Of a stretch of DNA of 35,992 nt, positions 1 to 7,481 are shown in pieces (the first letter of the stretch is position 1; each line of letters opens with the position of its first letter). The stretch comes from a virus. Position numbers and translations under genes: made by a program. Location: IMG/VR virus record IMGVR_UViG_3300040770_000140, positions 1-35,992 of that record; one strand, written 5' to 3'. A model generated the notes under the pieces. It searched no databases, was not told the DNA's origin, and saw only the letters and a program-made list of their open reading frames with translations.

Positions 1-55
1 GCCGCGGTAAAATGATGAACGCCTTTGTAGTTTCAGCGGTTCCGGTCGTTCCGGT
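1..55. repeat. Terminal direct repeat copy A. Window ends are identical (1-55 = 35938-35992), most simply a circular-assembly overlap; unit genome length 35937 bp
   Basis: Direct reading: gccgcggtaaaatgatgaacgcctttgtagtttcagcggttccggtcgttccggt occurs at both ends. Confidence 0.9.
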
Positions 56-329
56 TAACATTGGAGAAGGCGACAAAGCACGCGTTCAGCGTATTATAAT
101 TAAATTATTTGACGCTATCGTAAGCGACGGACACCCACAAGTAAGAAGCGCCGGCGTAACTTTGGGCGGCTACGTAGCCAGTGGATACATTGACCAAAGC
201 GAAAGCGAAGAATTTATTTACAGTTTAATTCAAAATAATAGCTACCTTCGAAAAGGAATTTCAGGCTATCAAAAGACCGCCAAAACGGCTATTCAGACCG
301 GTACACTATCACAATTAACACTATCTTAA
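1..329 (+). CDS. 3' part of the junction-spanning primase gene. The ORF-track entry 12..329 is an internal fragment
   Basis: Position 12 equals position 35949 in the repeat. Both are 0 mod 3, the same phase as ATG 35379. Stop TAA at 327-329. Confidence 0.65.
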   Translation, partial: RGKMMNAFVVSAVPVVPVNIGEGDKARVQRIIIKLFDAIVSDGHPQVRSAGVTLGGYVASGYIDQSESEEFIYSLIQNNSYLRKGISGYQKTAKTAIQTGTLSQLTLS

Positions 330-332
330 ACA

Positions 333-1829
333 ATGGAGAATAAAGAAGTAACAGTTGACGACTTTATAAAAGACGAATTAATTCAAGACAAAAAATATAC
401 AGAATTCGACGAAGCGCCGGAAATTCAAGAAGCGCGAAACCTACAGGAAAAAGACGCTTGGCGCGAAATTTACAGCTTTGCACACGCAATAAATAAAGCT
501 GGCCGCGCGTTTACCGATACCGATATAAAACATCAATGCGAACGCTTTTATTTGAGCGTGGAAAAGGTGCAAAAAGTATTCAAGAAGGTATTCGAAGCAA
601 ACGCTGACGAATTCGCAATTGAAGACAAACCCGAAATATTTAAGGTCGAAAATTTTCTTCGTAAAAATTGGGATTTTGCGCGTAACGAAGTAACCCTTCG
701 AAGCGAATACAAGCCTAAAAATTCAATGATAGACTACGAATGTCTTAATGTCGATTCGCTTTACCGTAAACTTCAGCACGTCCGATTCAACTTTTCAATT
801 GATAAAGTTAAGTCTTTGCTTCGTTCTGACTTCGTTAAGTCTTACAATCCATTCGTTGACTACTTCGACGCCTTGGAGCCGTGGAACCGCGAAGTTGACC
901 ATATCGGAAATTTAGCGAATTACATAACAGCGACAGACCAAAATTTTCACGTTACCCAATTCAGAAAAATGCTCGTTCGTTGTATCGGTTGCGCGCTTTA
1001 CGGCGTCGAAAATCGTTTCGTTTATGTATTCGTAGGCGAAAAACAGGAAAAAGGAAAATCGACTTTTATACGCTTTTTGAACCCGTTCGGCCGCAAGTAT
1101 TACACCGAAGCGCCTATTCGAGACAATAAAGATACTTATTTCAGCTTCGCCGAAAACTTCATTTACAACCTTGAAGAACTAGCTTCGCTTTCAAATATCG
1201 AAGTTAATCACTTGAAAAGTATTATTTCAATGACCACGATAAAAGAACGCAAGGCCTACGCCGTAGACGCTGAAGAAGCGCCAAGGCGAACGAACTTCTT
1301 CGGGTCGACAAATAAGAACGAATTCTTAACAGATACCGAAAATACGCGCTGGCTTTGCGTCAACGTCGAAGACATCAATTGGAACTATAAGCAAGAAGTC
1401 GACATTCACGCCGTTTGGGCGCAAGCCTACGCGCTTTACCATTCCGACGACTATAACCAGCAATTAACCAGCGAAGAAATGAGCGTTCGCGATAAAATGA
1501 ACAAGAACTTCGAAATTTCCGACCTTGAAAAAGACCTTATAAAACAATGCTTTGAACTAAGCGACGAAAAAGGTAGTTTTTACAGTTTACCGGATATTAT
1601 AATAGTTTTATCGGATAAATTTCAAGGTAAGCCGCTAAATTCGCGCTTCGTCGGTAAATCTATGGCTCAATTGGGGTTTATTGCTGGAATTCAGCGCGTG
1701 AATGGCCACAAAACGCGCGGCTATTGGGTCAACTTACGCACGACGTCACAATATACCGGCGACGAAGAAAAAGCGCCTTACAAGAAGCCGGAGACGGTCG
1801 AAATAAAACAAAAACAGTTTCCGTTTTAA
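333..1829 (+). CDS. VirE-like P-loop NTPase (primase-associated replicative helicase, D5/VirE family)
   Basis: 498-aa ORF with Walker A VFVGEKQEKGKSTFIRFL. It lies directly after the primase domain gene, as in Bacteroidota BT4734/VirE proteins. Confidence 0.75.
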   Translation: MENKEVTVDDFIKDELIQDKKYTEFDEAPEIQEARNLQEKDAWREIYSFAHAINKAGRAFTDTDIKHQCERFYLSVEKVQKVFKKVFEANADEFAIEDKPEIFKVENFLRKNWDFARNEVTLRSEYKPKNSMIDYECLNVDSLYRKLQHVRFNFSIDKVKSLLRSDFVKSYNPFVDYFDALEPWNREVDHIGNLANYITATDQNFHVTQFRKMLVRCIGCALYGVENRFVYVFVGEKQEKGKSTFIRFLNPFGRKYYTEAPIRDNKDTYFSFAENFIYNLEELASLSNIEVNHLKSIISMTTIKERKAYAVDAEEAPRRTNFFGSTNKNEFLTDTENTRWLCVNVEDINWNYKQEVDIHAVWAQAYALYHSDDYNQQLTSEEMSVRDKMNKNFEISDLEKDLIKQCFELSDEKGSFYSLPDIIIVLSDKFQGKPLNSRFVGKSMAQLGFIAGIQRVNGHKTRGYWVNLRTTSQYTGDEEKAPYKKPETVEIKQKQFPF

Positions 1830-1854
1830 AAAGCGGAACAACAGCGGAACAAAG

Positions 1855-1883
1855 TGGAACATTAGATTTTTTTTAATGTTCCA
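1855..1883. repeat. Hairpin/palindrome E1: TGGAACATTA - T-rich loop - TAATGTTCCA
   Basis: 10-bp arms at 1855-1864 and 1874-1883. The T8 run lies inside the loop, so this is not intrinsic-terminator geometry. Confidence 0.8.
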
Positions 1884-2050
1884 GCCTTAAGGCCTATTAA
1901 CAGCGGCTTCGCGTGGGGTGGAACATTGGAACAGTAAAAAATGAACATTTACCCAATATACAGTATAATATATAATTCTATAAAATGTTGAGAATTCAAT
2001 GTTCCTATTGTTCCACTTGTTGCCAAGCCTTACTATCAAAGGCGTAAGGG

Positions 2051-2080
2051 TGGAACATTAGCTTTTTTTTTGATGTTCCA
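2051..2080. repeat. Hairpin/palindrome E2, a near-copy of E1 (GTGGAACATTAG-N-T9-N-ATGTTCCA)
   Basis: Arms at 2051-2058 and 2073-2080. It is a direct repeat of E1 about 196 bp downstream. Confidence 0.8.
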
Positions 2081-2102
2081 AAAGCGGTCTTGTTGTTCCA
2101 CT

Positions 2103-2120
2103 TTGTTACAATTGTAACAA
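2103..2120. repeat. Perfect 18-bp palindrome TTGTTACAATTGTAACAA (operator candidate)
   Basis: Self-complementary by direct reading. It sits 52 bp upstream of the ATG at 2172. Confidence 0.85.
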
Positions 2121-2171
2121 AAGGCGTTTAAATTTAAAGAAAAATAACAATAACTAAAAAAATATAACAAA

Positions 2172-2882
2172 ATGTTAAATAATCACAAAGAAGAACAAAA
2201 CCCAAAATTGAACAGTTCGTTTGGTGGTGCCGTGGGGGTCGACGTGCCGGAGCAAACAGAAGGCCGTATTCAAGCCGATTGCTTTCAATGGTTCAATAAT
2301 ACTTTTCCGGCTTTGCGTGGTCTTATGTATCACGTAAATAACGGCGGCAAAATGACCGGAGCAAAAGGAAACCAATTAAAAGCTATGGGCGTAGTCGCTG
2401 GAATTCCTGATTTAGAATTTCACTTTTGGAAAAGAACGTTTTTCTTGGAATGTAAAACGCCAAAAGGAACAGTTTCGAAAGACCAAAAAAACATTCACAC
2501 TATTTTAGACGAACACGGTTTTAGGGTCTTCGTTTTTCGTTCGCTTAAAGAGTTCCAAGACATTGTTTTTGCAATTATAGAAGACAAGTCGCCGATATAC
2601 AAACGAGGTCTTAAAAGGTCTGAATTCGAATATAAGAATAAAGTATTTACTTATATTTACAATTTAGAAGCTGGCAAGGTTCAAAACTTGGCCGAAATTG
2701 TAGACCCTGAAAATATGGAACGCTTCAAAGGCTTAGTTATTGAATTCTTAACCGAAGGGTTCGACAGGCTGGAAGGGTTCGAAATTTTGTTTACGCCGGA
2801 CTATTTAGGATTTTATAAAAAGGAACTAGAGAACGAAACCGAAGTATTTTATAACGGTTCAAATAATATTAAAGCCGAATAA
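2172..2882 (+). CDS. VRR-NUC domain nuclease with a C-terminal extension of about 100 aa of unknown function
   Basis: Motifs GVVAGIPDLEFHF..FFLECKTPKGTVSKDQ fit the VRR-NUC D..ExK..Q core. Confidence 0.65.
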   Translation: MLNNHKEEQNPKLNSSFGGAVGVDVPEQTEGRIQADCFQWFNNTFPALRGLMYHVNNGGKMTGAKGNQLKAMGVVAGIPDLEFHFWKRTFFLECKTPKGTVSKDQKNIHTILDEHGFRVFVFRSLKEFQDIVFAIIEDKSPIYKRGLKRSEFEYKNKVFTYIYNLEAGKVQNLAEIVDPENMERFKGLVIEFLTEGFDRLEGFEILFTPDYLGFYKKELENETEVFYNGSNNIKAE

Positions 2883-3457
2883 TGGAAAAGAAACCAAAAC
2901 ACAAGCCGACGAACCCGACCAAGACAGCCGTTAAAAAGGCCGACCGGTTGGCAGTTCGTGACGCTTCGCTTATGCCTTTTGAAGTAGCAAAAGAACAGAC
3001 AGAAAACAAGCCAGCGACGCACAAAAAAACCGCATTATCAAAACAACAGGATTTTATTAAATTGATATTCGAAAAAAACCCTGTCGGACGTCCTAGGCTT
3101 TACGCTTCAGTTGAAGGCCTACAAGCCGAAATAACAGCCTATTTCGTTTACTGTTATGAATTCGGTATAAAATTGACTATCAGCGGTTTAATTTTATATT
3201 GTGGTTTTTCAGACAGAAAAAGTTTTTACGAATATGAACAAAAGGCCGAATTTACTCACATAATCAAGAAGGCGCGCGCTATTATAACGCTACATTATGA
3301 AGGCCTATTAACCGAAGCGTTCCCACAAGGCGCCGTTTTCGCGCTCAAAAATCTAGGCTGGAACGCTGAAGAAAAGACCGAAACGACAGTTAAAACAGCA
3401 ACTTCTTTTTATATAGGCGGCGACGCCGAAATTATTGACTATGACGAACCCGAATAA
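2882..3457 (+). CDS. terS: Terminase small subunit
   Basis: GRPRLY..EITAYFVYC..LTISGLILYCGFSDRKSFYEY..GAVFALKNLGW resembles the P27/Terminase_4-type small subunit. The start overlaps the upstream stop (TAATG), and it lies immediately before TerL. Confidence 0.7.
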   Translation: MEKKPKHKPTNPTKTAVKKADRLAVRDASLMPFEVAKEQTENKPATHKKTALSKQQDFIKLIFEKNPVGRPRLYASVEGLQAEITAYFVYCYEFGIKLTISGLILYCGFSDRKSFYEYEQKAEFTHIIKKARAIITLHYEGLLTEAFPQGAVFALKNLGWNAEEKTETTVKTATSFYIGGDAEIIDYDEPE

Positions 3458-4991
3458 CAACCGCGTCGGCCTGACGTTTAACCCTAAATTATTCAACCCT
3501 AATTTTCATCATATAGAACGCGAATTTTGTAACCAGCAAAGGCGTTTTATATGGTGTTACGGCGGTTCTAGTTCGGCCAAGACTTACAGCGTAAGCCAAG
3601 CCGTTTTAATTATTGGTTCGTTGATTGAGGGAAGCGATTCGCTTGTTTTTCGTAAGGTAAGCGCGACGCTTGAAAGTACCATTTTCAAAGACTTTACCGG
3701 TATTATTAAAGCGCTGAAGCTGGACGCCTTTTTTAAAGTGAACTATAGAAAAATAACTTGTATTAACGGCGCCGTTATTGACTTCAAAGGTTTAGACGAC
3801 AATCAGAAAATTAAAGGAATTTCAGGCTATAAGCGCGTTATTTTAGACGAAATTTCTGAAATGGAGTTCGCCGATTTTAAACAGATTCGTAAGCGTTTGA
3901 GGGGTCGCGTCGGCCAGCAAATTGTTTGTATGTTTAACCCTATAGACGAAGAACATTGGATTAAAAAAGAAGTCTTTGACAAGCAAGAAAAGCGCGTTTT
4001 GCCGAACAGTTTAGTCGACCCGAACGGCGTCTTGAAACTGAACGTTTCGCCGATATTTACCGAAGTAGCGGAAAAGTGGGAAGGCGCGCCGCTGGCGATT
4101 AAGGGCGTCGAAATGCCTTCTAATATTGTCGTAATGAAGTCTAATTATAAAAATAACTTTTGGGTCGTTGGGTCGCCTTGCAAGACCTTTGGCTTCGAAG
4201 ACGTTCAAACGCTTTTAGATTTCGATTATGACCGCGTGAACGATTGGGATTTCTACAATATTTACGGCCTTGGTAATTGGGGTAAATTGAACAAAGGCGG
4301 CGAAATGTATAAGAATTTTGACGTCAAAAGGCACGTTAAGCCGCTACTTTATGACCCTGAACGCTCGCTACATTTGACCTTTGACGAAAATGTTAATCCA
4401 TTTATGACGCTAGACATATTTCAAGCTGAAGGCCTGAAAGCGTGGCAAATAGACGAAATATGTCTTGAAGACCCACGTAACACGCTAAAACACACTATTG
4501 ACGAATTCGCCAGCCGATACGACCCGAACGGAATGACGCTGTTTATTTACGGCGACGCGACCAGCCGAAAGCAAGACGTCAAGCTAGAAAAAGGCGTTAA
4601 CTTCTTCGTATTAATCGAAAACGCGCTTCAGGAAAAAGGCTATAATATAGTTCGCCGCGTGCCTTCTAAGAACCCGAACGTCGAACTTCGATGTAATTGG
4701 TTTAATGCGGTTCTTAATGGCTTAGACGGTATCGAAGTCAGTTTTGGCGACCATTGCACCAAGACAATAGGCGACTATAAATATTTAAAACAGGCTTCAG
4801 ACGGTGGCAAGCACAAAGAAAAAGAAAAGAACAGCGTGACGGGCGTAGTCTTCGAAAAATACGGCCACAATACCGACGCGAACGACTACTTCTTTACGTA
4901 TTACTTCGCTTCAAGCTTCGACGCCTTCGGTTCGTCTCGAACGGTCGCAAAGGCTATTATTCGAAATAGGTCGCCGAAGGGCGTTTATTAA
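3435..4991 (+). CDS. terL: Terminase large subunit (PBSX/Terminase_3-like)
   Basis: 518 aa. Walker-A-like CYGGSSSAKTYS and Walker-B-like KRVILDEISE. Position follows TerS. Confidence 0.85.
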   Translation: MTMTNPNNNRVGLTFNPKLFNPNFHHIEREFCNQQRRFIWCYGGSSSAKTYSVSQAVLIIGSLIEGSDSLVFRKVSATLESTIFKDFTGIIKALKLDAFFKVNYRKITCINGAVIDFKGLDDNQKIKGISGYKRVILDEISEMEFADFKQIRKRLRGRVGQQIVCMFNPIDEEHWIKKEVFDKQEKRVLPNSLVDPNGVLKLNVSPIFTEVAEKWEGAPLAIKGVEMPSNIVVMKSNYKNNFWVVGSPCKTFGFEDVQTLLDFDYDRVNDWDFYNIYGLGNWGKLNKGGEMYKNFDVKRHVKPLLYDPERSLHLTFDENVNPFMTLDIFQAEGLKAWQIDEICLEDPRNTLKHTIDEFASRYDPNGMTLFIYGDATSRKQDVKLEKGVNFFVLIENALQEKGYNIVRRVPSKNPNVELRCNWFNAVLNGLDGIEVSFGDHCTKTIGDYKYLKQASDGGKHKEKEKNSVTGVVFEKYGHNTDANDYFFTYYFASSFDAFGSSRTVAKAIIRNRSPKGVY

Positions 4992-5001
4992 GAAAAAACA
5001 C

Positions 5002-5009
5002 TATATTTG
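5002..5009 (+). promoter_or_regulatory. Bacteroidota-type -7 promoter box TATATTTG (TAnnTTTG consensus)
   Basis: Perfect match in the 44-nt gap, 27 nt upstream of ATG 5036. No clear -33 TTTG. Confidence 0.4.
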
Positions 5010-5035
5010 AATTCAATTAATTAAATAATAACAAA

Positions 5036-5398
5036 ATGAAAAAATTAACGTTTAAGGTCGTTTGTACTGACGTCGACCATTTAGAAGCCGGAATTTATAC
5101 AGCTTCATTCGTACCAGCTGACGCAAAGGTAAAAACCTTTTTAAAGGACACTTTTCGAATTGAAGTCTTTACAGATACATTCGAAGCTGAAGAAACCGAA
5201 GAAGGCGCGCCGGTCGTTGTTGGCGAGTTGTACGATATGACCATAACAAAAGAGAAAGCAAAAGCCGAAGACCTTACAGAAGAACAGGCCGCCGAACTAG
5301 CTGAAGCAAAAGCCAAGAAGGCCGCGAACGATAAAGCTTCGAAGGCTAAGAAGAAGGCCGAAGCTGAAGCCGACAAAGGCGCGACGCCAAACGTTTAG
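5036..5398 (+). CDS. Hypothetical protein with an acidic N-domain and a Lys/Ala/Glu-rich tail
   Basis: 120-aa ORF bracketed by a -7 box and a strong terminator. Tail sequence: AKAKKAANDKASKAKKKAEAEADK. Confidence 0.6.
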   Translation: MKKLTFKVVCTDVDHLEAGIYTASFVPADAKVKTFLKDTFRIEVFTDTFEAEETEEGAPVVVGELYDMTITKEKAKAEDLTEEQAAELAEAKAKKAANDKASKAKKKAEAEADKGATPNV

Positions 5399-5417
5399 AT
5401 TATAGCTATAAAATTAG

Positions 5418-5447
5418 ACGCCTTGCGATATGTAAGGCGTTTTTTTT
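5418..5447 (+). terminator. Intrinsic terminator
   Basis: Stem acgcctt (5418-5424) / aaggcgt (5434-5440), 9-nt loop, then T7. Confidence 0.75.
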
Positions 5448-5450
5448 GTT

Positions 5451-5458
5451 TATATTTG
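5451..5458 (+). promoter_or_regulatory. Bacteroidota-type -7 promoter box TATATTTG
   Basis: Perfect TAnnTTTG directly after the terminator, 18 nt upstream of ATG 5476. Confidence 0.4.
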
Positions 5459-5475
5459 GCAAAACATTAATTATT

Positions 5476-6171
5476 ATGGCTTTTCTTATAAAACGCGATT
5501 ATTTTCTTCTAATAGACGAAGAAGACCTTGACGTAGTTAGTTTTTCAAGTAACGAAGGCGTGACCGCCGACGCTATCATTGAAGAAACTGAAGCAAACGT
5601 AGTTCAAGAAATTTCTTCTTACTTGTCAGGTCGTTATGACGTGGCGAAAATATTTTTTCCTGTTAACGAATATTTGAACGGCGAGACCTTCAAGGCTGGC
5701 GACTTCATTTATTTGAACGCGCCGAAGCTTCAGGCCGACGACTTCGCTGTTAACGAATTAGCGACGCACGCCGACGGTCTTGTTTATCGTTGTACTACAG
5801 CCGGAACACTACAGACAGCCGAATTTTTAGCTATTGGAACCGCTGGCCGCTATTATACCGCTTTAGTCGACACGAACGCCGAAGACTTGTTTTCTGACGT
5901 CGCCAAGTTCGAAACCGGCGAAAAGCGTAACGCGTTAATGAAGCGCCACGTCGTAAATATTGCATTGTACGAACTTCATTCGCGTATCAATCCGCGTAAT
6001 ATACCGGAATTCAGGATACAAAGGCGCGACGATTCCGTTTCGTGGCTTAAATTGGTACAAAATCCACGTAATAACGTAGACGCTGACTTTTTGCCGAAAC
6101 GCGACCTTGGACTTCAAAAAGGTAACGACATATCTTGGAACTCAAAAAAGAAACTTAGCCACGACTATTAA
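5476..6171 (+). CDS. Hypothetical head-associated protein. The N-terminus weakly resembles DUF1320 / Mu gp36-like connector proteins
   Basis: The ORF track starts at TTG 5446, inside the terminator/promoter. ATG 5476 (MAFLIKRDYF..) is the plausible start. The resemblance is from memory only. Confidence 0.55.
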   Translation: MAFLIKRDYFLLIDEEDLDVVSFSSNEGVTADAIIEETEANVVQEISSYLSGRYDVAKIFFPVNEYLNGETFKAGDFIYLNAPKLQADDFAVNELATHADGLVYRCTTAGTLQTAEFLAIGTAGRYYTALVDTNAEDLFSDVAKFETGEKRNALMKRHVVNIALYELHSRINPRNIPEFRIQRRDDSVSWLKLVQNPRNNVDADFLPKRDLGLQKGNDISWNSKKKLSHDY

Positions 6172-6182
6172 ACCATATAAAA

Positions 6183-7481
6183 ATGAGAATATTAAATTAC
6201 GAAATAAACGCTTCGGGCGTCGTTAACGTCACAAAAGAAGCCGCAAGGCAAGAAGCGGCGTTAAACAATAAACAAGCGCGCAAAGCGGCCACGATTCGTG
6301 AAAAAATCTATAGAACAGCTTTAATGCGTTCGCGCGCTGGGGTTCTTGAATGGCAAGCGGCGACCCAACAGGCCGAAAGTATCATTTTACCGAATAATAC
6401 GGAACTTATTCGCGTTTATAAAAGCATTGACGTAGACCTTCATTTATTTGCTTTAATGCAAACGATTCGAATTAAAGTAATAGCGAATAACTTCTTTATC
6501 TATAACGCTGACGGCGAAGTTAACCAAGAAGCGACCGATTTATTCAAAAAGAAATGGTTCCGTAAGACTGTAAAGCATATAGTCGATTCGGAATTCTACG
6601 GCTTTAGTTTAATACAGCTTTTAGACATAAAAGACGGTATTTTTTCGGACGCCGAACTTGTGCCGCGCGAATACGTTATTCAACAGCGCCAAGGCGTTAA
6701 AACCTCGTTAACCAATACAAGCGAATTGATACCATTTAACGCGCCGGAGTACTTAAATTGGGTCATTCCTGTAGGAGAACCCGACAATTTGGGTCTATTG
6801 CATAAAGCCGCGCCGCTTGTGATTAAGAAAAAAGAAGTCATAAGCGCGTGGTCTGAAAGCGCCGAAATTTTCGGTATGCCTTTGCGCGTTGGTCGCACGA
6901 ACATAAACGACCCTGTTAAGCGTGCAAATATGGAAGATATGCTTGACAATATCGGCGCGGCTGGCTGGGCGGTAATTCACGAGGACGACGTAGTTGAATT
7001 CGTCGAAACGTCGAAGACCGATTTTTATAAGATATACCAAGAATTCATTCAAACGACGAATTCAGAACTTTCGAAGGGGTTTTTGCTTCAGACCGGAACA
7101 ACAGACGAAAAAGCCTTCAGCGGTTCGGCTGGCGTTCACGAAAATTTACTTAAGTCATTAATCGAAGCTTATATAGTTTTAGTCGAAGAAACGGTTAACG
7201 AAGCGATTATTCCAGCCTGTCAGCGTTTAAGCCTTATTCCTGTCGGTTGTTACTTCCAAAGCGATAACGAACAGAAACTTAGCCTTGAAGAAATGGTTAA
7301 AATCGTAAGCGAATTGCTTAAATATAAGGACGTACCGAACGACTTTATTCTTGAAACTTTCGGCGTGCCGACTGAAGACAAAATTATTGAAGAAATAGCG
7401 AACCCGAACGCGGCGCCTTCTTCAGTAATGCAAAGCGTCAAAAATATGTATTCTAACGTATTAAAAACTTGTGAACATTGA
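6183..7481 (+). CDS. Portal protein (Mu gp29 / DUF935-like)
   Basis: 432 aa lying between terminase and MuF. FYGFSLIQL and EIFGMPLRVGRT resemble DUF935 portals. Confidence 0.65.
   Translation: MRILNYEINASGVVNVTKEAARQEAALNNKQARKAATIREKIYRTALMRSRAGVLEWQAATQQAESIILPNNTELIRVYKSIDVDLHLFALMQTIRIKVIANNFFIYNADGEVNQEATDLFKKKWFRKTVKHIVDSEFYGFSLIQLLDIKDGIFSDAELVPREYVIQQRQGVKTSLTNTSELIPFNAPEYLNWVIPVGEPDNLGLLHKAAPLVIKKKEVISAWSESAEIFGMPLRVGRTNINDPVKRANMEDMLDNIGAAGWAVIHEDDVVEFVETSKTDFYKIYQEFIQTTNSELSKGFLLQTGTTDEKAFSGSAGVHENLLKSLIEAYIVLVEETVNEAIIPACQRLSLIPVGCYFQSDNEQKLSLEEMVKIVSELLKYKDVPNDFILETFGVPTEDKIIEEIANPNAAPSSVMQSVKNMYSNVLKTCEH

Larger units (their letters stand above)
1831..2109. promoter_or_regulatory. 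Putative origin of replication: iteron field (GGAACA / GTGGAACA) around an AT-rich core
   Basis: Exact GGAACA at 1835, 1846, 1856, 1920, 1928 and 2052 (+). TGTTCC at 1877, 2000, 2009, 2074 and 2094. AT-rich 1951-1999. Bounded by a 14-nt inverted repeat, aacaaagtggaaca at 1848-1861 and its reverse complement at 2094-2107. No ORF here. Confidence 0.5.

Noticed and set aside
1855-2080. The two T-rich hairpins after the helicase gene, considered as intrinsic terminators
   Set aside because: The T8-T9 tract lies in the loop, not 3' of the stem, on both strands. The arms are the same GGAACA iteron found nine more times nearby, so protein-binding sites fit better.
2175-2375. Antisense or alternative-frame ORFs in the track. 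Examples: 2175-2375(-), 4011-4208(-), 5095-5376(-), 6680-7052(-), 8479-8754(-), 11234-11989(-), 13838-14629(-), 16942-17184(-), 19353-19892(-), 21090-21344(+), 21384-22250(-), 23309-23617(-), 25540-26011(-), 26199-26540(-), 28544-29216(+), 30522-31824(-), 33217-33633(-), 34931-35146(-), 35676-35952
   Set aside because: Each lies entirely within, or opposite to, a longer ORF that has recognisable motifs or operon context. Their compositions are low-complexity or biased (Ser/Ala/Phe/Arg-rich), as is typical of shadow frames. None has its own intergenic space or signals.
5445-5448. TTTG in the terminator T tract as the -33 element for the 5451 promoter. Other TTTG elements near -7 boxes were also considered
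   Set aside because: The spacing is far from the roughly 19-21 nt reported for Bacteroides-type promoters. Only the -7 boxes are reported, and with modest confidence.
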